Source of the DNA: Trichinella spiralis
Lineage: Eukaryota
Assembly (NCBI RefSeq): GCF_000181795.1
Contig: NW_003526940.1
Span: forward strand, 1,275,527 to 1,328,722
Reading direction: 5' to 3'
DNA length: 53,196 bases
The notes under the pieces are model-generated. The model saw only the letters and a list, made by a program, of their open reading frames with translations, did not search any database and was not told where the DNA came from. Below are positions 1 through 12,200 of this stretch, in pieces. The translations under genes and the position numbers were made by a program. Each line of letters starts with the position of its first letter. The stretch's first letter is position 1.

Positions 1-1410
1 TCAAAGCGTGAGTAATTGCTGCTCTTATCTTGCTGACCTATTATTGATATTGCAACGTCAATTATTTAAATAAGGGAACAGGTTGTGTTTCTTAATTTGT
101 GTAATAGAAATTTTTTTTTATTCTTACTAATTGAAGAAGAAAATTGGCATTCTTTTTTTAATGATATTGTCATTTAAATTTTTAAAAATAAAATGGAATA
201 ACTGCTTGAATGTTGAGCAGTTTAATTTTACACTTATAACTGTTATGAGGTTCGTTTGCAGAATAAAAGAGTATTATTAAATGATTAAATTTGATAAGAG
301 AATGGGTTAAAAGGCTTTATTATTTTTTTTGAATGGAAATATAACCTCCCGGTGAATTTATGGTTTTTTTATTAAATTGGTAAAANNNNNNNNNNCAATC
401 TGTGGCCCCATTGAAATCCATTATTCAAAGGTTTCAGTTATGCAATTTTCTTTTTTATTAATTAATTGTATGAGAAGTGCAGAGGATGAACGTTTGTTCA
501 TTTGTGTCTGTATGTAGATATAGTTGATGCGAAGCCGGCTAATATGGAAGATTTAGCTGAAGTGATCCACAGGAGCAACTTTTCATTCCAGAGCACTGTA
601 ATCTTTTTGCCTACTCGAGCAGCAGAGGTACCATTCGCCTGTGCGATATGCGCGATAGGGCATTGTGCGATCATCCAGCTTGTGGTACTTTTCCATTTTG
701 ATTTGCTTTTATGTTACCGAATTGTTCATTGTTTAATTCAGTGTTCGAAGAGCCGGAAGATACTAGTAGCAACACATTTTTCACGGAAATAATTGCTTCG
801 GTATCAGATGTGAAATTTTCATATTGCGGCGATTATTTGCTCACAAGAGATTATCTCACTTTGAAAGTAAAATAGTTACTGTTGATGATTAAATTATGAA
901 AATAAAGTATTAATTGTTGCCATTGATTTTCAGGTTTGGGATCTGAAAATGCAAAACAGACCGTTGGAAACGTACGATGTTCACGATTACTTGCGTAGTC
1001 GTCTGTGTACCCTGTATGAAAACGATTGCATGTTCGACAAATTCGAGTGTTGTTGGAGTGGAGACAATAGGTGAGAAAATTAATTAATTAATTGAATGGT
1101 GATTAATTAATTAATTAATTGTCAAACTTTCAGACATTTGCTGACTGGTGCCTATAATAATTTTTTTCGCACATTTAATCGCGAAAGCGGAACCGACATG
1201 ACTTTGGAAGCGACCCCAGAATTGGCGCAATTTCACACGATGCTTTCTCCGAAGAGGGTCTGCTATGGAAGCAAGCGAAGAAAGGATGAATTCACACCGG
1301 ACGCATTGGATTATTCGAAAAAAATTCTCCACTGCGTCTGGCATCCACAGGATAACATTATTGCTGCAGCGGCAACCAACAATCTCTACATATTCAACGA
1401 TTACAATTGA
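1..1410 (+). CDS. sur-6: Partial second copy of the PP2A B55 (PR55) regulatory subunit gene, 3' exons; allelic or assembly duplicate
   Basis: Near-identical to 49697-51670. Encodes [36 protein letters not shown] and [26 protein letters not shown]. Interrupted by the N gap; frameshifting single-base insertions cluster next to the gap (e.g. ~567, ~586), as expected of poor read ends. Confidence 0.85.
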
Positions 1411-2946
1411 GTTCGGCGAATTATTTTTGTTGTTTGTTTTTTCTTATTTTTTTCTATTTAATTATTAAATAATTTTCACCAGTTTTTTTAATAGGAATAT
1501 GTCATGTTGATGTTTGTATTTTATTTTGTTTCACCGGACTGTCTTGCCGTTGCAATTTGATTATTGGTTATTATTATTATTATTATTATTATTTATTATT
1601 ATGCTTTTTTTCAAACGTTTCTCCTATCCCAAAGACGAGGATTCATGGTCAGTCCGTCGTTTATTGTTTTCTCATTTTTTCTCAAAAAAAAGGGATTGGG
1701 CGACCGATGCCTTTGTAATATGTCTTTTTCTGCCATTTATTTAAATTATTTATTTATTTTTATTTCAAATTTTCAAATAATCGTAATTTTTACACATTGT
1801 TAAAGACTGTTATAACTGTCGTTGAATGATGATCGTTTTACCGATATTTTCAACTTTTGCACTTTAGCTACGTTTTCGTTAGAAATTAAAGGCTTTATAT
1901 ATTATTATTCTATTGGCATTCGAATCGGTATTTTTGAAGAAAATTACATCATGCATCTTATGCAAAAACGCATTGCGAAGTTAAACTGAGCTGGTGCTGA
2001 AATCAATTTGAAAAATATTAATTAATTAAAAATAGCAAACTACCACTCACAATACTTTACAATATTTAGTATTTTATTGAGATTTTATCTTCATTCGAGG
2101 GTTACTTTTGCATAAACATTTCTTCTCTTTATGAAGTGGTAATTAATACCTATTTCTCATTAATCATTCGTATTAACTTAATAATAATTATAGTAAAAAG
2201 TAGAAATCCGTCGTAAAAGTTAAAATACTTGCTGCTTCTTTAAAAACAAAATTTAAAATAGTAAAAAACAAACTTGCACATCACAACGTATTTAATAAAT
2301 ATGCAAATATAGCAACAGCTTTTGGAAAACATTTGTAGTGTTTTAATTTGATGTTGTCGCTGATTCGTTGAAGCAGTGCGCCAACAAAGAACTGTTTATA
2401 CGTTATTGCATTTTTATTGAATACGTAACAAAGAACCGTTCATACGCCATGGCATGTTGTACATCGGAATGTCATCGTGAGTTGCGGACGTATTGGACCT
2501 TTGGAGTAGTATTCACAACGTCGGAATGAACGAAGCTTGGGTTGAGCACTGGCACTTGATGAAGCCTTGACCGTCAATTGCTGCTCTTCTGACTGCAGTT
2601 TGTAGAGGAACTTGGACATTTGAGATATCAGTTGTCGATAACAAGAAATCCTTTATTGGCTCCAAGTTTGCCGCTGTATGTACTTTGACGCTAATATTCC
2701 TTGTCTGCAAGCAACGGTGTGCAGGGCATTGTTGATTTTCAAAACAACCACTAGCAAATTTCGTGGGTCTGCTGGACCGCGATCAACTTTCGGTATCTTT
2801 AGCGTAGCATATAACTCTTTGTGTGTATTTTTTAAAGAACAGAATTTGAAGGATGCTGCACAGAAGAATATGGCTTTAAAAATAAGAGGTCCTATTAGTT
2901 CTCTATCTGTTTCATTAAAATTGGATATTCTCCAGTATCCTGGTTT
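1..2946 (+). repeat. Left copy of the terminal direct repeat of the scaffold
   Basis: Base 1 TCAAAGCGTGAGTAATTG equals 49697 onward. The match runs to ...CTGGTTT at ~2946 = 53196, with scattered SNPs and microsatellite length differences. Confidence 0.97.
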
Positions 2947-3620
2947 TCAACGTCATTTTCGACCGTTCATCTGTTGTTATATCGCTCGGTTTCACTGTGG
3001 ACTGGGTCTGCTGGAACATGATCAACTTTCGGTATCTTTAGCGTAGCATATAACGTAGCATACTGTAGTCATGATATCCTGAAAATCACCATCAGATAAA
3101 GCTTGGAAGTTGATGATCAAGTCAACTTGTCCTCACGACATGATGCTACAGCTCCGTATCTGCTTAACCACCATAAGAAGTTTGGATACCTTTTTGTTTT
3201 TCTTTTCGTGGCATTTTCCACACAGGCCTATGTAAAGCTTGCAGCAATTTCACGTTTGATGATGTTTGCCCATTTCTTTTTGATTTCTAAGAACGTTTTC
3301 CGCTCTCTGCCGTGACCGTCCATTCATGAGATGTTTTAATTGCGTCAAATATTTAATCAGATGCATGTGAACATGTGAAATATCGCTTTCAATCTTCCTT
3401 TTTCTGATTAATCGAAATTTTTCTCCCATTTGAAGAATTTCAAAACGCTTCTTCAAACTGTAGCCAGAATAAGCTTGGGCGCCTTCTGCATCAATTTCAA
3501 AGAGAGATCTTGTATGATGCCATTATGCTGCGATACAGATAAAGCAACTTTATTTTTTCTTTTTCCATCCAACGTTTGTTGCAACGCTTCCTGTAAACGT
3601 GCCTTCATGTCCATTAATTA
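2400..3620 (-). mobile_element. Decayed KRBA2/SCAND3-like (Ginger-type) integrase/transposase remnant
   Basis: Minus-strand fragments GHGRERKTFLEIKKKWANI..CKLYIGLCGKCHEK (H2C2-like), VVKQIRSCSIMS*GQVDLI, PKVDRGPADPRNLLVVVL and GQGFIKCQC. Stops, frameshifts and a missing catalytic core. Confidence 0.7.
2764..3054 (+). repeat. ~52-bp direct repeat pair (2764-2815 and 3003-3054) inside the integrase remnant
   Basis: TGGGTCTGCTGGA..GATCAACTTTCGGTATCTTTAGCGTAGCATATAAC occurs twice. Confidence 0.9.
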
Positions 3621-3895
3621 CCTCTTCTTGGTACGGTACACACAGAGATTATTACACTGAGATTGTTGCAAGAAGAAAATGTTGTAGGAAAATGTATGTA
3701 GACTGGGTGAACTTTTCCACTGAAGATGTAGTTCAAGCAAGTATCAACTATGCAGGTTAAAGAAAATAATTTCACAAGCGGCGGCAGCTCGGCGGTTAAA
3801 CTGAGAAAGCGAAGGAGAGAAGTAAAGCTCACACAATTAACAGGTTCTCAAAATGAGTTCTCTCCAATGAATACTGCGTGCTTGTATAGTTCCAC

Positions 3896-4141
3896 CATGT
3901 AGAGGCGGCCTCTTGGATGTTTTTTGTATTATAAGAATGCCTTCGAATGTACTGTAAGAAAAATATCACATGACAATTTCAAAACATTATACAAAATGGA
4001 TTTACACACTTATGCAAGAGAAACATCAATATCATCGTGTGACACTATCCAAAGTCATGATGGTGCTTCTTTGAGACATCCGATTCCATCCATTCAAAGA
4101 CATTCTTAAAATAAAAACATCCAAGACACCACGTCTGCATG
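3896..4141. mobile_element. Putative MITE with ~29-bp imperfect terminal inverted repeats
   Basis: CATGTAGAGGCGGCCTCTTGGATGTTTTT at 3896 versus AAAAACATCCAAGACACCACGTCTGCATG ending at 4141. No clear TSD. Confidence 0.55.
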
Positions 4142-4719
4142 CCTCTTTAAAGTGGCCAATACTTCAAACAATGCGTCGTAACAATACTTTAACAAATCGA
4201 CGAGCACAGTATGTCGAACTAACCTTTGCCTGTAACAAATGTTAACATCTGTCAGTTATTCAGAATTGTCCTAACACGTATATATATATATATCGTGAAA
4301 GTAAATCGTGAATGTAAGTACGTGAAACTGTTTTTCTTTGAAAAGAAAATGCATGCGGCAGTACCTTTACACAAAAAAGCATACACGTGGCCAATTAGCA
4401 AACTTGCAAATACACATTTTTATTCATCCTTTTTTAATAATAAGCCATGCAAACCATAAATAACTGAATAGAAAGCAAAAATTTTAATTTAGCTCATCAT
4501 TATACAGCTTCGAATTCAACATATCGATCGAAAAAGAACTACAGTACAAAAAGTAAACAACAAATGTGCAGCGTGGTGTTCAATTAATATTCTATTCTTT
4601 CTCACCAGCGTACATATGTATATGATTCACTAAAGACATCTTGAGTGCAGAAATGTCAATTGAAAAAAATACTATTTTCATAAAAAATATGCATGCTTTC
4701 ATAACAATAAAAAAAGAAT

Positions 4720-5365
4720 ACCTCTGAATTCACAGCAAATTAATTCTCGTTTTCATTATGATCATGAATGAAAAAGACCATGTTGAACAACACATTGAAC
4801 GTGGAATGAAATCTTCAAATGTTCCAGTCGAGAGGTGAAACTGCCTGATTGATTTATCGATCAGTTAAAATTCGAACTCTTCTCTCCACCAAAGCAGCCC
4901 TACTATAATTATTTACAGAATCAAAGACTGCACTGAAAAGTTTTCCATTTCCAAAATTTTAAAGCAAATTATTCAGAAGCAACTTAAAATTCAACAAAAA
5001 TTTCCTTCAGACCGCCCTAGTCGCCATAATTCATCATTACCGTATAAAAATTGTTTTAAAACTTGAAAAAAAATTTACAATACCTTTTCAAGGATCTTTT
5101 CTTCATGCTGCTTTATATTTCCAAAATTCTGGAAAAAGAATAATGTAAACGGTACTAAACGATCAAAAAGAGCAACATAACAGCACGATAATTGAAGTAA
5201 GCAAATATTGAAAAACTGCTCTCAATTTGAAATCAATTAACGCATGGTAAAAATTTTAATTTTCCAAATAATAATGACAATAAATAATCCAGTCAAAGTT
5301 ACCTTTCACTTAACTGTTCAACTTTTACTTTAATTCGATTTGAATTCCAATATTTCTGAATCATG
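4720..5365 (-). ncRNA. Putative spliced non-coding snoRNA host transcript
   Basis: Minus-strand donors AAG|GTAACT (5302) and AAG|GTATTG (5083); acceptors TTCCAG (5129) and TTTTCAG (4933). Short exons with no substantial ORF. Boundaries uncertain. Confidence 0.4.
4970..5040 (-). ncRNA. Candidate intronic C/D-box snoRNA with an 18S-complementary D' guide (U43/snR70-like)
   Basis: Minus strand: box C ATGATGA (5037-5031), guide ATGGCGACTAGGGCGGT (5027-5011), box D' CTGA (5010-5007), C'-like TTGTTGA (4997-4991), box D CTGA (4976-4973). Lies in a GT..TTTTCAG intron (5083-4933). The guide is complementary to 18S ACCGCCC-containing motifs. Confidence 0.7.
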
Positions 5366-5367
5366 TT

Positions 5368-5430
5368 CACGTGAAGACTATTCAGGAGAGATGTGCGTCA
5401 GTTATTCGTTGGCTAACCAAAAATCACGTG
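5368..5430. promoter_or_regulatory. Paired CACGTG E-boxes at the putative 5' end of the snoRNA host
   Basis: CACGTG at 5368-5373 and 5425-5430 in a locally GC-richer patch. Confidence 0.3.
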
Positions 5431-6168
5431 CCAACGCACAGAATACAGTACTACTAAAAGTAATAAAGTTCTATTGACAAACAGTAAGACGTATAATTGT
5501 CAGTGAAAACGTGCAATTACGTCTGTTTTGATTACTTTAATATTTAAATCTTATTACTTAATGAAATAAATAATTTATAAATGTATTTCTTATTTTTTTT
5601 CAAAACCTGATATTTTTTTATTTCTTTTAATTTTAATAATTAAAAATTCGATTTAAAAATTTACAAACTTTTCTTTTATTTTTAGTTTTGTGATTTTTTC
5701 AAGCTTTTTATTGTCGCATTTTCACTTTGCACTTTATTTTTACTTTAGTATCATTTGGGAGTCTGTTGAAACTTTGGTAATTGATTTGATTTGTTTGTTT
5801 GTTTTCGAATTTTTAATTTGATAGTCCAGATTAATTGTTGTTATTATTTGTTATTTTTTTCTTCTGCATTAATCATGTCGAAACTCGAAAAGAAAAACTT
5901 GCCGATGCTGTTTGATTGATTTTTATTTATTTGATGACTAAATTTTTCCATTTCAAACTATTGAATGATATATGTCATGTTTTTAATTCGCTTAATTTGT
6001 TAATATAAATAATAATGAATATTTCGTGTGTAAAAAAATCAATAGTTGTAAAAAAATTTTTTTAATTTTTAATGTGATTGATGCAGGCAAGTTTCAACGT
6101 TTCTTTACCAGTTGAGACGATTTGAATTCGATTTTAATACGTAATGATACGTTAAAAATCAATCGTTT

Positions 6169-6861
6169 TGTTGGACGCAACGCAGGTTTCTTGCAAAATT
6201 GCGCAACGTCTTTTTATGGGTCCAGGACGGAAGGGACGCCATTCAAGGTAGTGAAGGCAATAATTTCATGGGTCGGTCACTTGAGCTGGCTGCTAGTTTG
6301 GGGCAATCGCGGCACAGCGTGGAGGCGAACTGAAGGCATGGCAGTGGGCAACAGACAATAGACCGGGCAACGCCCGGTTGTGTGTAGATAGGCGCGGATG
6401 TCGGATCAAAGAAGCCGCTCCATTAGCTGACGAATGATTTTATGGCAGAACAGCAGCAAGCCGATGGTTGTCACGAAGATAATGGAGGATCAATTTTCAT
6501 CTGACCCATATTGTACACCTGTAGATTCTGCGCTTTCCCCATACAAGCTTTCCATGAATAAGAAGACATGGAGAGATAGATCATGATCATCATCTCGACC
6601 AACGAACGAGTCAGAGTGGTATAGAAAAGAATGTTTTGTTGCGTTGTGGTTACGTGTGCGTGGAACGGCGATTGGTGTGCTGGCGAGTGTAGTGGTGAAA
6701 ATGAAGCAGTCTGCTGTGGTGTAGTCGAGTGTGCTTAGTGGATAGCCTGATCTGATGAATGCTGGCTGTATACTACAAAGTTTACGTGGGTGATTCCTGA
6801 ATCACTGAATTTGTTTGTCTCTGTTGTTCGATCGAATAAAATCATCCACCCCCAAGCAACT
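6169..6861 (+). mobile_element. Possible solo LTR
   Basis: GC-rich non-coding island in AT-rich DNA. Starts TGTTGG and has AATAAA at 6835-6840 just before its end. No TSD or partner copy found. Confidence 0.35.
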
Positions 6862-9263
6862 GTGTGTGATCACAAAATATGAATCATTCTTGCAGATCGA
6901 TAGTCGATCTACCATAATCGGGAAAAAACAAAAACATACAGTTTACTGTATCAACAATCAAATACATTTCTACCGGTACAAATAAATGCAACAACAAATC
7001 GGTAGCATTTAGTTAGTTAATCAGTTAAGCATACATATATGCTGTGATAATTTTTTGACACTGAAAAAAAAACATTCGGTCAGTCGTCAGTTGTTCTGTC
7101 CAATGAATGAATGGTACGTGTGTACAAATATGTATAAACTGTTTATTAGCAAGAAAAAAAAAAATTCTATTTCAGACTGTTCGTACACAAGAAAATAAAA
7201 AACAGTTCAAATAAACGTATAAAATTTATTCAGTTGATTGTTGTGCAGTACATCGATTTGGTATTAAAAAAAATATTCAAACAGTATTTGCGCTTTTTTT
7301 TTGGTATCATTGACAGTAACATGACAGCCGCATTGCAGCATATTTTCATCCAAAGTGACCCAGAGGAGTTATCCAAAGTGAAAAAAGTAATATTTTTAAG
7401 TAAATAGAAATTCTTGAGATTGTTTTCTTTCGTGAAATAATTGTCGAAGAATAATAAGAGTGAAAAATGCTTCGAAAATTGAAGAACAACAACAGAACAC
7501 TGTCGGGCAGTTGATTGGTCAGACGGATACGATGTTTCTACAGTAGTAAGCGTCATCGGACGAATCTTGATCAAATGGATTATTATTATTCAGACGCTTG
7601 TTTTGTGCCCAACGCCACAGTCGGTATTCGCTAGTTATTCTCAAAACTTTCATTCGTTCATGCATCTCTAAATAATACACATTGGAATAGGAATAAGAAA
7701 AACAATGCCAACGCACACACACACACACATATACACAAACAAACATACTAAAATTAAAACCCAATCTACTACACACACACACACACACACAATCAACGAA
7801 AGAAAAAATTTTGCGACAACTACAATTTATCATCACCGTAAATTTTTTCTACCATTTGCACCACCAGTAGTAGTAGCAGTAGTAGCAGAACACAACTACA
7901 AAAGCACCACAGCTATTAGTCAATTATTGTTATTTAAGCCGAACTACGAACAACTACAAAAGTGTAACTGAAATTGTCGGTTTTTATGTGTATTGCAATG
8001 GCAGTTATTATTATTATTATTAGAAGTTGCTGTTTTGTAAGCGGATAAAAAATAAATAAATAAACAGATAAACGTTCAGCATGCACATTCAGGTTACAAG
8101 ATCAGAAAAGAAAATGGTACACCTTTTTATGATGCACTCACCACCAACTTACTACTCCTTTTCCCACCCATTTTTATTGGTTCAGTTCATTGTTCTTCGG
8201 CAATGCGATACAAAAAAAAATCGCACATCTTCAGCAAATATATACAACAGAAAACAAACGAGTTTCATTTCGTTCATTTTTTCAAACTTCGCATATATAT
8301 CTATATTACATTATATACACATGAATCGATAAATGTACATATACATAACATGTAAAGTTGAATAGATGAAGAAATGTTTTTTTTTCTTCACAGAGCACAT
8401 AGTAGCAATATAAAACATACAGTAATAATAATACAGAGAAAAAAAAATTGCATGTTAAAATTGCAAAATATATATATACGCATGGCCAGTGAAATTATTA
8501 TAATATCCAATTATATATATAATACATCGAAGCAGCTATGAAATGAAATGAAAAGCGTACCGCCTCCGCTCATACAGCTTGCGCATGATTCGTTGAAGGG
8601 AACATGACCAAAATAAATAAAATTTGTAAAAATATTACCAGAAAAAGAAAAATGAAAATTTCAATACAAACGCGCGCACACAGACACACAGTATATTGGC
8701 ATTTGAAAAAAGAAAAAGACAAGTAGAAAATAAGTGTGCGCATGCTTATTATTTTCTTTCAACCATTTTCAAAAGAAAAAAATAAATAAAATATATAATT
8801 ATTAGTTGTGCAAGTTGAATAATACAGTAGAAAAAAACGTTAAGAAAATATAATCAGGCAATTTTTTGTAAATGAAGAAAAAACAAACGTCCGTAACAAA
8901 TGTGGCACCGTCAAGCACCGAGAAAAAGCGACAAACGCAGTGTAATGGGTGGGGAGGAGGGGGAGAAAAAATGTCTTTTTCTTTTTTTTTTTTAAATAAT
9001 GTACCGTTGTGGAAAAGAGGCAAGAATTTAGAGAAATGAATAAACACCAGCGCCACCGGACAAATAGAAAGAGAGAGAGAGAATAGATTTTAGAAAAAAG
9101 AAAAAAAAGAGAATTGACAAATTGATGTGGCTTCATTATACTACATGTGTGTGTGTGACCAGCCAGCATGATCACGAAAATGAAATGGACGCCTGAATTG
9201 TGTTGAACTCGATAACCAAACGTAAAGCAAGTTGTGTTGAAACCAATGAATGTCGTTTTCTGT

Positions 9264-12200
9264 CTATTGGCTGTTTCCGCGAGGTCTACAGCCAGTAAGC
9301 TTTTCCAAAACTGTTACACAGTTTTCAGTTAGAATTACGAAACAACAGTAATAATAATAATAATAATAATAATAGTAATTATATATATATATTTAGAAAA
9401 AATAAACAACGTTTAAAAAGAGACAAAAAAGAAATTTACCAAAATCAGTACTACTGTTGCTACTGACGTTGATACCTCCTCCTGCGGTGGGATTCAAGAA
9501 CAACTGACGTGGAAATGGTGCCAATTGGGGTAGTGGAAAAAAGCCACGGTTGACGTTCAATTCGCCGGATATGAATCTAACAAGGAATGGAATAGCATGA
9601 AAAAGAGAGAGAGAGAGAGAAAATCCATCACATACTTTTCCAATTTGTCCACACATGCTTCTTGATATTCGTGCACCCAACGTACACCGTTGAAACGTGT
9701 AATTGCCCGAATGTCGGGCGGCAGGGCGTTGTCTTCGGGCCAGGTGAATGTGGGATCGAAGACGGGTATTAAATTTTTGTTGTGTTCCAAAGCGCATTTC
9801 ACTTCCCTGTGAACCCAATCTTGACAGTCAATGTCGCCGACGCAACGATCCAACGAACGTGGAGTCAAGACGAGAATGAAATGTTTGGCCGCTTGGATAT
9901 TTTTCAAAAGGGACAAATCGAAATTGCCAGCATAAAGACGATCGACATCGATGAAAACCTGAAATAAAAATTGTACAAAAAAAACAAAACAAAACAAAAA
10001 AAACAACTCAACTCACCTTGTGACCACGCAATTGTAACAGTACTTTGATCAAACTGGCCAATTGACTGCCGGTACTTCGTCGATAACTGATGAAAATATC
10101 GATATGTTTACTCAAAATGGCAATATCCAAATCGTCGATATGTTTGCATTCTTCGATCGACTGCAACAATTTCATCCGATGCATTGGATTCGTAATACCG
10201 CAGTCGTTTTTTAAAATTTCATTCGACAACGATGGTAAAATCGACCTGTCGACACCCAATTCCAACAACTGGTAAGTGTAGACGGAAAATTGGGGACTGA
10301 CCGAGACGAGAAATCGATCCAAATGGGTCTCGTCGACGCACGAATAGTCGGCGGCCATTTTCAAACTTTCCAATTCGCGCATGAAACGTTTGCGCAACAA
10401 TCCCGACCGCATACCGATATCCCGTTCCAATTCTTGGTCGGTCAATAACAAAAGTAGATCGCCGTCGACTTTTTGTTCGGCAAATTGAGCCGAATAATTT
10501 TCAAAACCAATCTGCGACGCCCAATATTGGACATCTTCGACCGTCCAAAATGGTACCTGTTGGGACAATTTGTAGGGGACTTCTTCGCCGATGATGGTCA
10601 ACGCTTGGGTCGCGAATTTCGGCGCCACCTCGTCCGGCAAACTGCACACTTGTTTCAACGCGTCGACGGCACCAATTTCCAACAACAAACTCAACGCTTC
10701 TTGTTCTTTTTTCACGCTCGCTTCCAAAGCGAAATGAAAAGCGGCCATGCTCCGTGGTTCGCGTCGTTTCGCGCTCAACATCGGCAACAACAATTCGAGC
10801 CACTCTTTCGACCGACCCTGTTGATGTTTGTAATCGAAATGGGCAAATTCTTCGGGCTTGTGGGCCAATAGAAATGGTTCGACCAGTGCCAACGTGCCCG
10901 ACTTGGTCACCGCAGCTTCGATCTCTTTACTACTGACCAGAACACAAATTGCCAAACATGCGTAATAGCGGGTCAAATCGTCCTGGGACGAGGCGAGTAA
11001 AAACAACCAATCGGGTACATTTTTTTGGGCCATTTTTTGTTGGCATTCGCTATCGCTGTACATGGACAAATTGGCCAATGCCAATGCGGCGAAACGTAAC
11101 GTTTTCGTGCACGTTGTCGCTTTGCAAGCGACGAGTACGTGATCCAAAGCGCCCAAGTCGATCAGTTTGGCATTCGAATCGACGCTATATTTGAACAGAC
11201 ATTCGAACAACGAAACCGACACTTTCAACCCGTCCGCTTCTTTCATCGTTTTCGCCACGTTCACAAGATCGTCCAAATAGTGCTTTTGGACGACAAATTC
11301 CCGATTACTGGCAGACAAACATTCGACCAACGCCGTACCCGAACTCGCTTTGATTTTTTCGGTCGAATCCGGTTCGATGAACATTCGAACCAACGTTTCC
11401 AAATAGCCAACTTCGCGCACGTAGTCGCACAAACCGTGCGCCAAATCGCTGCCGATTTTCGGTGCCGTCCAGGCACTTTTCAAAACTTTGCTCATCATTT
11501 GACAACCGTCGGCGATCGACTCTTCGTGACGAATGCCGATCAACGACATCGATCGGTCGATCAGACGTTGAAATTTGTTCAATTTTCCCTTCAACGTGTG
11601 CTTGTAGATCAACAGTTCGGTGTGCAAATGCTTCGCGGCACCGTATTCGAACGATCCCTTGCGACCGAAAAGCAACTGGGAACTTCGATCGTCGCTGAAC
11701 ACGCCGTACGGTAGCGGTTCGCGACGCGATTTGGTCACTTGGATCGTCGAACCGCCGCCGACGCCACCCCCGACGCCGCCGCCGCCACTGCCTCCTCCGA
11801 CAGCCGCGACCGAACCGACCTGACGTCCGCCGACAGTCGGCGTCGTCTGACCAATCACCATCGACCGACTGCCGCCGGTTGGATTTTGACGAAAACCGCC
11901 GAACGGTACGACGCTGTAACTCATCGAACGTCCGATCGACATCGGCGACGCCAACGGCGACGAGCCGTGCCTGTTGCCGACCGACGCCTGCGTTCGCCAC
12001 GGCGCGGTCATCGTCGCCTGCCGCCGTCGTTCCTCTTCGTCCATACTGTAATCCAACGAATAACGTTGCGATTGGAGCTAGAAAATCCAAACAAACAAAA
12101 CAATGAGATTTTTCAATTTTTTTTTGTTCACTCTAACCGGCGGTGGATTTGGTCCACTACTGATACTGCTGCTTGTGGGCGATTTTCCTTTCTCTTCTTC

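Noticed and set aside
396..600. Frameshifts suggesting the left B55 copy is a pseudogene
   Set aside because: Indels cluster beside the N gap and vanish further in, typical of low-quality read ends.
4494..4500. Second minus-strand box C (ATGATGA) near the snoRNA host
   Set aside because: No box D CTGA at a suitable distance downstream.
7230..9175. ORFs of 80-115 aa downstream of tir-1
   Set aside because: Produced by (CA)n and A/T runs; low-complexity translations with no splice or homology support.
9636..10110. TIR domain as a horizontally acquired bacterial defence (Thoeris-like) module
   Set aside because: Intron-split and embedded in a canonical animal ARM-SAM-SAM-TIR SARM1 architecture.
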